Origin: an uncultured Phycisphaerales bacterium | GTDB lineage: Bacteria > Planctomycetota > Phycisphaerae > Tepidisphaerales > Tepidisphaeraceae | NCBI GenBank assembly: GCA_963758525.1 | Contig: CAVWVQ010000003.1 | Location: 1,632,001 to 1,696,000, forward strand | DNA length: 64,000 nt | Reading direction: 5' to 3' | In this document: one piece after another, positions 33,030 to 43,304 of the stretch | Position numbering within the stretch: the first letter of the stretch is position 1 | Layout: each line of letters starts with the position of its first letter | Notes under the pieces: model-generated | What the model saw: the letters and a program-made list of their open reading frames with translations, nothing else | What the model was told of the DNA's origin: nothing | Databases searched by the model: none | Program-made: the position numbers and the translations under genes

Positions 33030-33197
33030 GGGGCGTTGCCGCCGGTTCGACGCATGCCTGCAGTGTCGCGGATTCATCCGCGGCCAAGACGGGAAGCGGA
33101 AGGCCGGGAAAACGGAAGAACCCTTCCGGTCGGCTTCGACCCACCCTTGTTTGAAGGGTTTGACTGAACCGCTTTCACACGGCACCGGCGGATTTTC
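33030..33197 (+). ncRNA. ssrS: probable 6S RNA
   Basis: TATAAT at 33016-33021. Closing stem ccgccggt/accggcgg, internal gacccacc...gggtttga and acggcac elements, terminator downstream. Not checked with a covariance model. Confidence 0.6.
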
Positions 33198-33204
33198 CGT
33201 ATGC

Positions 33205-33252
33205 AAAAAGCACGGCATTAACAGCTCGCGCTGTTAACGGCTGTGCTTTTTT
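33205..33252. terminator. bidirectional intrinsic terminator
   Basis: aaaaagcacggc...gctgtgctttttt. Confidence 0.7.
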
Positions 33253-34007
33253 GTTTGCGGCGAAGCAGCAGAATTCGGATCGACTTGTTGTCCGGTGATA
33301 CGATCTGCCGTGTTTCGCTCAATGACCACCCGCGATCGATAATCCAGGAAACGAATTCCTCTCCGGTCTGACGTCCCGGTTCGCCCAGCGCGATCAGGCC
33401 GCCGCGCGCAAGGTGCGCCAGCCAGAAGCGGTGGAGAAATTCCCACTCGGGGCGTTCGTAGAGGATATCGGCGCCGAGGATCAGGTCGAAGCAGCGGCCG
33501 AGGGAATCTGATCGCCAATCGATGCGCTGCACATCGATTCGGTCCTGCCAGGGGAGCGAATTCAGCCGGGCGAAGAGCAACGCCAGTGTTTGAAAATCCG
33601 CAAACGTCACCTGCGCGCCCAACGCCGCCGCGCACGCGCCCGCCAGACCCATTCCACATCCCAGGTCCAGAACGTGCGTGCCAGCGCCATCCGATCGCCC
33701 TGCGATGGACGCGGAGATTTCAGTTTGCCTGGTAATCAGCGGCGATGCGGAAGACGTGAGCCAAAGCGCAAGACCCTGCGCTGTCCCACAATTGAGCCCA
33801 ATATGGCACGCTGGGCGCATCGGGCCCACTCGGCGGATTGCGTTCCGCGGCGGCGGCATCAGCAAGAACGCGGTCGGGGTCGGCGATCCGCGTGAAGTGA
33901 AGCAGCAGCGGGCCAAGATGCAGAACCTGGTCGGCGGTTTGATATCGTTGATGAATGCGAGCCAGAAGACGCATCCGCCGGCGCCGCTCGCTTGGGCCCA
34001 TCATCAA
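33218..34007 (-). CDS. class I SAM-dependent methyltransferase (METTL21/Methyltransf_16-like), frameshifted
   Basis: PYWAQLWDSA in one frame. VLDLGCGMGL and ILGADILYE in the next. Confidence 0.8.
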
Positions 34008-34750
34008 TTCATCATCGGCTTGGGAGCAACCTCGAACTTCTCGACCGAGTGATGCCCGAACACCACGGGGAAGACGAAGTAGCCGGCGGTGAAAATCGCC
34101 GCAAGCAGCAGCACGTTGACCACCGATGCGATGAGCACGTTCACCACGGCTTCACGCCCGCGCAGATAGAGGCGGCTCTTGGCGGCGACGATCGCGTCGA
34201 TCGCGATCCACAGCGCCGCCAGCGCCCACCCCAGGACGGGGACCAGCGCCAAAATACTGGGCCCCAGCGAGTATGCGAAGATGTTGTAGACCAGAACCTT
34301 GGGAATCTGCCGTTGCGAATCGTGGCTGAGGAGCGTGTAGAAAACTTCGGTGGCGAGCTTGAGAACGGCCAGCGTGAGCGCCACGGCGCCGACAACGCGC
34401 AGTCCCGTTTCAATCAGATATTGCTGGCCATCGACCGTCAGAGTGCCGTCGTTGGGTAATCGGTAATACTGGAACGCGTCCCAGATCCCGAATGAAATGG
34501 CCCACATCGCCCCGCAGGCGATCGCAAATCTCGTGGCCTCGGCGGTGGTTTCCGGACGTCGGATTTGGTCCACCAGCGCGCGGTGCTTGAACAGGCTGCG
34601 CCCTGACGTCTTGAAGAAAGCGGGCAGCAACCCGATCGCGCCGCGATCTTCCCACGGCGTTCCGCTGCCGGGCAGCATCACGTTGTAACTGACTTCGTGC
34701 TTCTTAAGAGATGCGATTTCGACTTCGGTCGGCTTCCCATACGAGGACAT
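34004..34750 (-). CDS. membrane protein (Yip1-like)
   Basis: PWEDR motif and about five TM helices. Confidence 0.65.
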   Translation of the reverse strand: MSSYGKPTEVEIASLKKHEVSYNVMLPGSGTPWEDRGAIGLLPAFFKTSGRSLFKHRALVDQIRRPETTAEATRFAIACGAMWAISFGIWDAFQYYRLPNDGTLTVDGQQYLIETGLRVVGAVALTLAVLKLATEVFYTLLSHDSQRQIPKVLVYNIFAYSLGPSILALVPVLGWALAALWIAIDAIVAAKSRLYLRGREAVVNVLIASVVNVLLLAAIFTAGYFVFPVVFGHHSVEKFEVAPKPMMN

Positions 34751-34977
34751 ACACGCTCTTTGCTTGGTGACTTTTCAGCGGCCTAGCTGTATTCTCGCTT
34801 CGTGAGCCGAGGGATGCAATGAGTGATTGGCGAGCGGAATGTTGCCGAACTGCGCCTGCCATCAAGCGGAACCGGCCCATGTCGCTTCCCGCGGCAAATG
34901 CTTGTCGCGCGATCGGCATAGCCAACCCAATCTGTCTTCTGTCATTTCTGGAGTGCGCTACTTTTCCCAAGCGACGG

Positions 34978-35178
34978 GTGATTTTACTGCTCCTATTGAC
35001 CTTGTCATTCCTGTCGGGCTGTGAGACGGAGCTGGAAACCGGCTACAAGCCCCGTCCGCTTAACGCCACGTCAACCGATCGCCGAGCCTATTATGCTCCC
35101 CCCTTCACTTCCGAGGCCACCCCTCCCGCCCAGGACAAATCAGGCGGCGAGGGTCTGCACCGGCCCGGCAATTACTGA
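34978..35178 (+). CDS. small lipoprotein
   Basis: LSGC lipobox then ETELETGYKPRPL. Start uncertain. Confidence 0.5.
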   Translation: MILLLLLTLSFLSGCETELETGYKPRPLNATSTDRRAYYAPPFTSEATPPAQDKSGGEGLHRPGNY

Positions 35179-35258
35179 TTTGCCGTTATCGGGCTCTTCG
35201 GGATTCGGTCCCCTGCGCACTAGAATCGCTTGATTTACGATGCATAAGATCAAACGAG

Positions 35259-35927
35259 GTGATTCAACTGCCATCGACTGAGTCTTCGCAATTTGTGTCT
35301 GCCGTGCAACCGCTCCTGGAAGGCAAAGACCTCAAGGGATTGCACGATCTGCTCAAGCGCCGCTGGACGCTCCCGCAGTTGATGTCGTTCCTCGCCTGCG
35401 ACGATGACGACGTGCGGAAGGTCGCCGCGCTGGCGCTCGCTTACGTCGGGCGCAAGTGCAGCATCAAGGCAATTTCGTCGCAACTGCATCACCCCGATCC
35501 GGTTGTCAATCAGATGGCCGAGCATGCGCTCTGGTCGATCTGGTTTCGCTGCGGATCGTCCGAAGAAGCCAACCACGAGTTGTGCCGGGGGACCAAGGCT
35601 CTCAACCGCCGCGAATTTGAGAAGGCCATCGCTCATTTCACCCGTGCGATCGAGGTCGACCCGGACTTTGCCGAAGCGTACAACCAGCGGGCGATCGTCA
35701 AATATCTTCAAGAGCGCTTCGGCGAATCGATTGAAGACTGCCGTCGCACGGTCGAGCTAATGCCCTGTCACTTCGGCGCATGGGCCGGCTTGGGCCATTG
35801 CCATGCCCATGAGGGACACCTGCAGGAAGCGGTGGACTGTTACGATCGCGCTCTGCAGATCAATCCGCATATGGAATGCGTCAGCCAGATGATCGGGGAG
35901 CTTCGACAGAAGCTGTCGCAAGCGTAG
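35259..35927 (+). CDS. HEAT/TPR repeat protein
   Basis: AEHALWSIW, DPDFAEAYNQRA, HFGAWAGLG. Confidence 0.85.
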   Translation: MIQLPSTESSQFVSAVQPLLEGKDLKGLHDLLKRRWTLPQLMSFLACDDDDVRKVAALALAYVGRKCSIKAISSQLHHPDPVVNQMAEHALWSIWFRCGSSEEANHELCRGTKALNRREFEKAIAHFTRAIEVDPDFAEAYNQRAIVKYLQERFGESIEDCRRTVELMPCHFGAWAGLGHCHAHEGHLQEAVDCYDRALQINPHMECVSQMIGELRQKLSQA

Positions 35928-35934
35928 CAGCCAC

Positions 35935-36921
35935 CTATGCCTTGAAGAACGCGAGCAGTTCTTCGTTCACCCTGTCCTTCAGCGTACTGCACATGCCGTG
36001 CGGAGCGCCCTTGTACACAATCAGCTTGGCATTTCTAATCAGTTTGGAGGAAAGCATGGCGGATGCGCTGATCGGCACAATCTGATCGTCGTCGCCGTGC
36101 AGAACGAGCGTGGGAATGTCGAATCTCTTGCAGTCTTCGGTAAGGTCTGTCTCGGAAAACGCCTTGATGCAAAAGTAGGAAGCCGGGAAACCGGCCATCA
36201 TGCTCTGCAGCCAGAACGAATCGCGAACACCTTCTGAAACCGTCGCGCCGGGCCGGTTATAACCGTAGAACGGCAGACTCAAATCCCTCCAGAACTTTGA
36301 CCGGTCGGCCACGACGGACGATCGGAGCTGGTCGAACGCATCGATCGGCAAACCACCGGGATTGGCGTCAGTCTTCAGCATCAACGGCGGGACGGCGCCG
36401 ATCAGGACGGCCCTGGAGACGCGCTTGGTTCCGTGCCGGCCGATGTATCGCGCGACTTCGCCGCCGCCGGTGGAATGACCGACGTGGATCGCCCCCTTCA
36501 GATCCAGCGCGGCGGTGAGTTCCGCGAGATCGTCGGCATAGGTATCCATGTCGTTGCCGTTCCACGGCTGACTCGATCGGCCGTGGCCTCGACGGTCGTG
36601 GGCAATGCAGCGATAGCCGCGCGACGCCAGAAAAAACATCTGGTCTTCAAACGCGTCGGCGCTCAGCGGCCAGCCGTGGCTGAAGACCACGGGCTGGCCC
36701 GTGCCCCAGTCCTTGTAATAAATCTGCGTGCCGTCTCTTGTCGTAATCGTGTTCATGGGATTGTCTCCTTGCTTGAGGGTTGAGGAACATGGGGTTGAAG
36801 TTGATGGTTGAGCGGCGCATCCGCTGATGGCCGTGAGCGCCGCGGCGGCGACAACCGTCGCGCCGCCAATCAGCACATCGCGGCGGGACATATTCGATGG
36901 TGTCGATCGATCTTGAAGCAT
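35935..36921 (-). CDS. non-heme chloroperoxidase-type alpha/beta hydrolase
   Basis: [31 protein letters not shown]. Possible Tat leader SRRDVL, alternative start at 36756. Confidence 0.92.
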   Translation of the reverse strand: MLQDRSTPSNMSRRDVLIGGATVVAAAALTAISGCAAQPSTSTPCSSTLKQGDNPMNTITTRDGTQIYYKDWGTGQPVVFSHGWPLSADAFEDQMFFLASRGYRCIAHDRRGHGRSSQPWNGNDMDTYADDLAELTAALDLKGAIHVGHSTGGGEVARYIGRHGTKRVSRAVLIGAVPPLMLKTDANPGGLPIDAFDQLRSSVVADRSKFWRDLSLPFYGYNRPGATVSEGVRDSFWLQSMMAGFPASYFCIKAFSETDLTEDCKRFDIPTLVLHGDDDQIVPISASAMLSSKLIRNAKLIVYKGAPHGMCSTLKDRVNEELLAFFKA

Positions 36922-36931
36922 GTGCTTCCAT

Positions 36932-37639
36932 TCAAAAAGTAGTGGTTCGGATCAGAACAGGCGCCTCGACCGCGCGGAGGCCCTGACCGGTTCGCACCCA
37001 GATGCGAAACGTGATGACGGCTGTGAACAACGTCAGGCCGGTCGGAAGTGCAACACGATCGATATCGAAGTTGAGCAGTTCCGCTCCGCCAAGGCCGAAG
37101 GAAAACGTGACGACAAGCAAGCCGAGCAATTGAGAGGCGGCGGTTGCTCTGTGATCCCTCATGCTCGCCAATCGTTGCGTTGAGGCGGCGAGATAACCAT
37201 CAACGCCGTCGACGATGACCATTCCGGAGGTAAACGCGGCGCCAACAATCCACGGATTCAAACGATTCGTCAGGATCAACGCGGCGAATTGCGAAGCAGT
37301 TTCAAAACCAGCGGCGAGCAGCATTCCCAGAAGAAACGGCTGGCCGATGACGGGCCGACGGGTGGCGGCTGGCGCCGGCGCGGGCCGCACGACGCGCCAG
37401 AGGTTGAGCGCGCCGATGAGGATCAACACCCACGGCCCCAGGAATGCGACGCGACTGGCGATTGCCGCGCCGACTCTCACCGACAGCAGCGTCACCACCA
37501 GACCGTGGCCGAGCGCGAAGAACAATCCGTTTGCGGGGCGCGGACGAATTCGTGACAGCCCGTCGATCGCCGTGAGATGGTCGGGGTCTGCGCCATGACG
37601 CATTCCAAGGGCCAGAGCAATCAGAAGTGCTGAGTTCAC
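36932..37639 (-). CDS. NiCoT/HoxN-like nickel-cobalt transporter
   Basis: [27 protein letters not shown]. Confidence 0.85.
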   Translation of the reverse strand: MNSALLIALALGMRHGADPDHLTAIDGLSRIRPRPANGLFFALGHGLVVTLLSVRVGAAIASRVAFLGPWVLILIGALNLWRVVRPAPAPAATRRPVIGQPFLLGMLLAAGFETASQFAALILTNRLNPWIVGAAFTSGMVIVDGVDGYLAASTQRLASMRDHRATAASQLLGLLVVTFSFGLGGAELLNFDIDRVALPTGLTLFTAVITFRIWVRTGQGLRAVEAPVLIRTTTF

Positions 37640-37655
37640 GGATCACCTTTCGCTT

Positions 37656-38090
37656 TCAGATCGTTTGCAGAACGCTCTGGCTCGACTTGAGGCCGATCGA
37701 GCGAAATGGATTAAATCGTCTTTGGCTCATCTCCGGAGAAAGCGGCGACGGTCTCCCCGCAACGTTGCTTTCTTCAGCCCACTTCACGATGGCCAGGTAA
37801 TCATCGATCGAGCGGAGATTGCCGAGCCAGATATCATCAGCAACGCTGGAGATGCGCACGACGTTGATCACATCACACGGGCCGAGGCACCCGCTGATGC
37901 AGAGTTGAACGACTTTTGAAAGCCCGCGGGCACGCCACTCCTGCTTCATTCGATCGACAGGCACCATCGGCTTGCCGCGTTCGACATTTCCGCAGCAGCA
38001 TCCTTTGCAGACCGAAACCTGCGCGATCACCATCCGCCTGGTTGTCAGCGGGTGATGCGATGCCGCCGAATTGGGAGCTTCGCCGGTCAT
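37656..38090 (-). CDS. thioredoxin-like (2Fe-2S) ferredoxin-domain / metal chaperone protein
   Basis: VCKGCCCG...SGCLGPC. ATGA-coupled to the upstream gene. Confidence 0.7.
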   Translation of the reverse strand: MTGEAPNSAASHHPLTTRRMVIAQVSVCKGCCCGNVERGKPMVPVDRMKQEWRARGLSKVVQLCISGCLGPCDVINVVRISSVADDIWLGNLRSIDDYLAIVKWAEESNVAGRPSPLSPEMSQRRFNPFRSIGLKSSQSVLQTI

Positions 38091-38425
38091 GACATGTGCT
38101 CCGGCGCAAACCGCGCTTCGACCTCGGCCATCTTGATGACCAGCTCCTCGGGCGTAAGAACTCCCTTCGCGAAGAGGATATTTGCGAACGTGGCAATCCA
38201 TCGCTGGTAGTACGACAGCTTCGCAATCATCTCGCTGCCCAGCGCCTCCACTCCCCGGCGTTTCTCCTCAGTATTGATGATCTTGTGAAAATCCAACACG
38301 TCAGCCAGCGCGTGGCAGCGCTTTTCCCACGGTTCCAGGACATGATCCACGCGCTCAAAGCGATCCGACAGAACGCCACCGATATCGTTTGGCAGTTGCC
38401 TCAAAAGGTCTTCCGGATAAGTCAT
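38087..38425 (-). CDS. nitrile hydratase beta N-terminal-like subunit (ScnB-like)
   Basis: DIGG, PWEKR, EEKRRGVEAL, SYYQRW, KGVLTPEEL. Confidence 0.8.
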   Translation of the reverse strand: MTYPEDLLRQLPNDIGGVLSDRFERVDHVLEPWEKRCHALADVLDFHKIINTEEKRRGVEALGSEMIAKLSYYQRWIATFANILFAKGVLTPEELVIKMAEVEARFAPEHMS

Positions 38426-39090
38426 TGCACATCTCCTTCAGTTGGCTCGGTCGCGGGGACGACGCCAATCATTGCGTCGCGCGTGACGAGGGCGGCGAGT
38501 TGTTCCGCGTTGAAGTTCTCCGTCCCCTTTGGTCTTCGCGGCAGCACGAGATACCGCACCATCGCCGTGGAGTCGCTGACGTTGATGGCCACATCCTCGG
38601 GAATAAGCGTGCCGAACTCTGCGAGCAGCGCCCGCGGTTCCTTCACCGCCCGCGCCCGATACGGCTTGAGCTTGTACCAATCGGGAGGAAGTCCCAGTAC
38701 GGGACGCGGGTAGCAGGAGCAGAGCGTGCAGACGAGCAGGTTGTGAACCTTCTCGGTGTTTTCCACCACGATCAGCCGAGTGTCATCATAGAAAGTGATC
38801 CCCATCTCCTCGCACGCCGCCCGACCATCGGCCAGGAGCCGCGCCCGAAACTCCGGCTCCAGCCAGGCCCGTGCGACAATTTTCGCGCCCAGCGCCGGCG
38901 TGCGGGAGTCGAGCACCTCGATCTGACGGCGGATTTCACTGGCCGCGATCAGTTGCTTCTCAACCAGAAGCTCACGGACCGCCGTCTCCATGATCTCGTA
39001 GTAGCTGGGCGGCTGCTCAGAGGTGGTGATGGGAGTGTGCGCATGATCATGGGGTTCTGCAGACATATTCGCTTCCTTGTTTGCGCTCAC
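38422..39090 (-). CDS. cobalt-type nitrile hydratase alpha / thiocyanate hydrolase gamma subunit
   Basis: GAKIVARAW, VCTLCSCYPRP, RYLVLPRRP, LVTRDAMIG. Confidence 0.92.
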   Translation of the reverse strand: MSANKEANMSAEPHDHAHTPITTSEQPPSYYEIMETAVRELLVEKQLIAASEIRRQIEVLDSRTPALGAKIVARAWLEPEFRARLLADGRAACEEMGITFYDDTRLIVVENTEKVHNLLVCTLCSCYPRPVLGLPPDWYKLKPYRARAVKEPRALLAEFGTLIPEDVAINVSDSTAMVRYLVLPRRPKGTENFNAEQLAALVTRDAMIGVVPATEPTEGDVQ

Positions 39091-39443
39091 CTGCGCGGTT
39101 CAATCTTCTCGAGCCAGGTCTCGTACACTTCGATGCGGAGCCCATCGTTGGGAGAGCCGAAATAGCCCGGCCACAAATCCGACAGGGGAATGCCGACGCG
39201 GTAGTAATGAAGTTTCGGCCCGGCGTTTCGACCGAATCCTTCTTCCTCGTTATTGATGGCGGCCGGCTCGATGACTGCTTCGACAACGGCTTGTTTGCCA
39301 CGAACATAGCGCGGTACGCGGTAATGACCGACGGGACAGCGGACGGAAATCCGCACGCGATCGCCGGGCTGGAACAGTGGTTCCTCCCCGAGCGCTTTCA
39401 CCAATTCCAAAAGCGGCTGTGCCTGTGTTCCTGACTGCAGCAT
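39087..39443 (-). CDS. SH3-like nitrile hydratase beta C-terminal subunit (ScnA-like)
   Basis: FQPGDRV, GHYRVPRYVRGK, YYRV, DLWP, EVYETWLE. Confidence 0.85.
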   Translation of the reverse strand: MLQSGTQAQPLLELVKALGEEPLFQPGDRVRISVRCPVGHYRVPRYVRGKQAVVEAVIEPAAINNEEEGFGRNAGPKLHYYRVGIPLSDLWPGYFGSPNDGLRIEVYETWLEKIEPRR

Positions 39444-39676
39444 CGGAGCATCCTTCATAGTTGGACTCCATCGCGGACATCTCGGCCTTTGCAAGGATGA
39501 GGCCAAAGGTTCCGAAGGATGGAAATGATCCCAGCGAGGTCCGAATGCAGCGTTCACCAGCAATGCGGCATTAGGTGGGTAAATTCTCTTCCCCCGGCTT
39601 GCAGCCGCAGGGTAACTCTTCTGCCCGTGTGAGGCTGGCGAGTCGTAGTGTCGTCCGTTCTTTCCGCGCCAAATGT

Positions 39677-39734
39677 TGCAGGGCGCGATTCATCCCGCCG
39701 CGGCGGTGGAACGGCGGGATGAATCCCGCCCTAC
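39677..39734. repeat. REPIN-like doublet
   Basis: gcagggcgcgattcatcccgccg ... cggcgggatgaatcccgccctac. Confidence 0.75.
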
Positions 39735-40038
39735 GCTGCTGCGGCGATCCGCGCCCGCGGTGCTTCGGGTTGCCTTTATCTGTGTCCGTCCTCCCTCCCG
39801 GCGCACGGGAGGGCAATACTCTTCGTCTTTGGTCTTTCACCTCTGCGAATCCGAGACTCGGCATCCGCTTTGCGGAAGAGCAAAGAGGGAGTAATCGCCG
39901 CAGATAAACAATCAGATGAACCCAGATAAAGCCTTGAATTCGACGAATGTCTTGAGGTCAAATGCTCTGCATCAGAATCGATGGTGCATAGATTTGCAGT
40001 CCGCCCTCAACCGCTCCAGCTTGTGAAAGGAACCGTTT

Positions 40039-40506
40039 ATGCCTGCACGTCCGCCACTGCCTCCGTTCGATCGAGAATCCGCCATTCTAAAAGTCCGCCT
40101 GGCGGAGGATGGCTGGAATTCGCGCGATCCGGAGAAAGTATCCCTGGCTTACTCGATCGATTCCCGCTGGAGAAATCGAGCCGAGTTCGTCGCCGGCCGA
40201 GAGAATATCGTCACATTCCTGACGAGAAAATGGGTGAAGGAACTGGAATACCGCCTGATCAAAGAGCTTTGGGCTTTTGACGGCAATCGCATTGCGGTGC
40301 GCTTCGCCTATGAATCGCATGACGACTCGGGCAACTGGTTTCGTTCCTATGGAAATGAAAACTGGGAATTCGCTGACGACGGACTGATGCGGGCTCGATT
40401 CGCATGCATTAATGATCTGCCGATCAAAGAAGTCGATCGCAAATTTCATTGGCCGATCGGGCGGCGTCCCGATGGCCATCCGGGGTTGAGTGATCTGGGG
40501 ATGTAG
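40039..40506 (+). CDS. DUF1348 / NTF2-like protein
   Basis: [35 protein letters not shown]. Confidence 0.9.
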   Translation: MPARPPLPPFDRESAILKVRLAEDGWNSRDPEKVSLAYSIDSRWRNRAEFVAGRENIVTFLTRKWVKELEYRLIKELWAFDGNRIAVRFAYESHDDSGNWFRSYGNENWEFADDGLMRARFACINDLPIKEVDRKFHWPIGRRPDGHPGLSDLGM

Positions 40507-40675
40507 GAGAGGGTTCAGGGTGTCAGGAGTTTGGCTTTTTCCACTGGCCGCTGCGGCCTGACGCCGCGAATCCCGAGAGCGCGGGCGCGAATGACGTTCA
40601 CGCCTTCGGCAAAAATTGCGATCGCACGGCCTACCAGGTGCGGTGCGGGCGCGCCACACTTGGTATGATTAGAGG

Positions 40676-41128
40676 ATGCAGCTTACAGCGAACATTCTGA
40701 CGAGAGCGCAGATCATCAACGGCGGGTTCGAGCTTACGATTGCAAAGGCAGGAACCGAGTGGAACAAATCGCAGCTAGGCGACTACGCGGACAAAAGCGG
40801 GGTGTACATCCTCCATTCAAATGGGCAGATTCTGTACATCGGCAAGGCGACCAAGGGAAAGTTCGGTACCTTTGCCGAACGACTGCGGAGGCAGTGCCAG
40901 GAGAAGGCTGCGGGGAACAGCCCCTTGTTTCAAGCGCTTTGCCAGTGTGCTCCCGCGCGTGTGCGAGCGTATCTTCTCGATCTGGAGGACGTCGACATGA
41001 TGATTGATCCTGGCCCAATGAAGCTATCGGCGCCTCGTAAGGCGCTCATGATGGAACAGCTGCTAATCGGGCTGTACCTTCCGCCGCATAACCGGGCGGA
41101 CGTGGAAGCGGAGGAAGACCCGACGTGA
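40676..41128 (+). CDS. GIY-YIG domain protein
   Basis: SGVYIL...LYIGKA...RL. Confidence 0.65.
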   Translation: MQLTANILTRAQIINGGFELTIAKAGTEWNKSQLGDYADKSGVYILHSNGQILYIGKATKGKFGTFAERLRRQCQEKAAGNSPLFQALCQCAPARVRAYLLDLEDVDMMIDPGPMKLSAPRKALMMEQLLIGLYLPPHNRADVEAEEDPT

Positions 41129-41192
41129 CACCCGTCTTCAGGCGGGGTTCACGTTTATTCTAAGAATCGAGAACCTGGGGGGCGGCCAGTCT

Positions 41193-41582
41193 TCACTTCC
41201 AGTGCCTGCTCACACCATACTGGTCTAAGATCGCATCCGCACTGACCAGCGACAGCCCTTCGATGATCGCCTGCGCGATGAGCAGCCGGTCGAACGGGTC
41301 TTTATGATGCGGCGGCAGCGCCTCGACGAAAGTGGCGTGGGCTAGTTCGATCGCCAGCAGGTCGAACCCGTTCGCCGCCAGTTCCCGAGGCAGAAATGTC
41401 TTCGCAGACTCGCCGAGGTCAAGTTTCTTCAGCGCCACCTTGATCGCGATCTCCCAACAGGAGGCCACACTAACAAGCTTTCTGTTTCCCGGGTCTTCGA
41501 TCAGCGCTTTGGCTGTCGGTGTTAAGGGCGGATCGTCGGCAAGAAACCAGAGCAGCGCATGCGTGTCCAAGAGCAGATTCAC
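41193..41582 (-). CDS. VapC-family PIN toxin
   Basis: LLLDTHALLW, WEIAIK, HKDPFDRLLIAQA. Confidence 0.92.
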   Translation of the reverse strand: MNLLLDTHALLWFLADDPPLTPTAKALIEDPGNRKLVSVASCWEIAIKVALKKLDLGESAKTFLPRELAANGFDLLAIELAHATFVEALPPHHKDPFDRLLIAQAIIEGLSLVSADAILDQYGVSRHWK

Positions 41583-41809
41583 TCCATGTACTCCTTGAAT
41601 TCTTCGAGCGGCTCGTCAAAGTCCGGCGCCATGTGGATTTTCCCTTTGGCGCTTCCCGCCTTACATGGCCACTGCTTCTGCGATCCGGTGTGGGCGAGCT
41701 TCGCCACGGGCTGGTTGTTCTCGGTAATCACCACTTCGTCGCCCGGAGTGAGTCGATGGATCAGATCCGCGAGCCGGGCCTGTGCTTCTTGAATGGAGAT
41801 GGTGGACAT
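41579..41809 (-). CDS. Phd/YefM-type antitoxin
   Basis: ISIQEAQARL, GDEVVIT..PVAKL, GSAKG..PDFDEPL. Confidence 0.88.
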   Translation of the reverse strand: MSTISIQEAQARLADLIHRLTPGDEVVITENNQPVAKLAHTGSQKQWPCKAGSAKGKIHMAPDFDEPLEEFKEYME

Positions 41810-42029
41810 CGTTGGATTACCTCTTCGTTAGGTTCGCCGACTGGCGACCGACGGATCTGATTATACACTATCGAGGGCTGTTAACCTCCAATTGTAGATT
41901 TGGTTTTTGACGAAGTTATCAAGCTTGTTTGGACGTTGCCTTGAGGAAATATGCTGGCACAGTGTTTGATGAGGGCGTTGGACGTGACGACACCCCCGCC
42001 TGTTCCGCCCAGAAGAAAGGCATGCTTTC

Positions 42030-43040
42030 ATGAGAATTCCAAAAGCTATTGTTGCCGTGACCGCAGTCGGCCTCACCGCATTATTCTTCGCGCACACCCG
42101 CTCATGGGGCGGCCCGCCAGCCGACAAGCATCTCGCCCGGGAAATCTTCGACGCGATGATTCAGGTTCATGGTAACAAGGCGGGTTTTCGCCCCGCCCAT
42201 GCGAAGGGAATCGTCTGCCAGGGAACGTTCGCGGCTTCGCCGGAGGCGGCAAACCTTTCGAAGGCCGCGCATTTCCAGGGAACTTCAGTTCCGCTCACCA
42301 TTCGCTTCTCCGATGGCGGGCCTGACCCAATCATTCCCGACAACTCGCCCAACGCCGGTCCGCACGGAATGGCAATCCGTTTTACGCTTCCGGGCGGCGA
42401 AGAGACCGATATCGTTGCGATGTCGCATAATGGTTTTGTCGTTGCCACGGGGGAGGAATTCCTCGCGCTGCAGAAGTCGGTCGTGGCGACCGATCCGGGT
42501 AAGCCGCATCCCTGGCCGGTTGAGGAGTTCCTCGGTGCCCATCCTCTGGCATTGAAGTTCGTGAAGGACAATGCCGTTGTGCCCGCGAGCTTCGCCAACG
42601 CTTCATTTTTCGGGAACGACGCATTTATCTTCGTGAATAAGGAGGGAACGAAGCAGGCCGGGCGATACAAGATCGTTCCTTTCGACGGACAGAAGGATTT
42701 GAGCGAGGAAGAAGCGAAAACCAAGACCCCAAATTTTCTCGTCGATGACCTCAAAACGCGCCTTGCGACAGCGCCGATCAAATTTCATCTGATGGTCCAA
42801 CTTCCCAACGACGGCGATGCGACCAAGGATCCCTCCCTCGTCTGGCCAGACGATCGCAAAACCATCGACGCGGGCACGATCAGTGTGACGGCGGTTCTTC
42901 CCGACAGCGCCGCTGCGGAGAAAGCGCTTGCCTTCGATCCGATCAACCTGACGGATGGGATCGAGTTGTCCGATGATCCTTTGCCGGCTCTGCGATCGAG
43001 CGTGTATGCGCTCTCGGTGAAGCATCGGAATCCCGAATAG
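42030..43040 (+). CDS. catalase-related peroxidase (SrpA-like), exported
   Basis: RPAHAKG, IRFS, SDDPLPALRSSVY. Confidence 0.88.
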   Translation: MRIPKAIVAVTAVGLTALFFAHTRSWGGPPADKHLAREIFDAMIQVHGNKAGFRPAHAKGIVCQGTFAASPEAANLSKAAHFQGTSVPLTIRFSDGGPDPIIPDNSPNAGPHGMAIRFTLPGGEETDIVAMSHNGFVVATGEEFLALQKSVVATDPGKPHPWPVEEFLGAHPLALKFVKDNAVVPASFANASFFGNDAFIFVNKEGTKQAGRYKIVPFDGQKDLSEEEAKTKTPNFLVDDLKTRLATAPIKFHLMVQLPNDGDATKDPSLVWPDDRKTIDAGTISVTAVLPDSAAAEKALAFDPINLTDGIELSDDPLPALRSSVYALSVKHRNPE

Positions 43041-43304
43041 CGGCCGGCGGCGTTCATGCGGAACGGGTAGGTCAGGCACTTCACATGCGCTGTGCCGGGT
43101 GTGCCGAGGGATCAGAAGCCGGGGAACGACCGACTCGGGAGCAAAGTGATTCTGGTGTGCCGGTTGACGGAGCGAGGTTCGATCAAGATCTGGCGGAGGC
43201 ATCCGATCACCACTCCCTGACTTCGCTCTCATTCGTTCGCAGGCAAGACCGGCAGGGGTTAGGCGGATGAGCACTTTTGCCACCGTCACGCGCATTGAGG
43301 CCCG

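Noticed and set aside
39460..39660. Metal or cobalamin riboswitch upstream of the hydrolase operon
   Set aside because: I could not find the conserved NiCo, B12 or fluoride cores. An Rfam scan would settle it.
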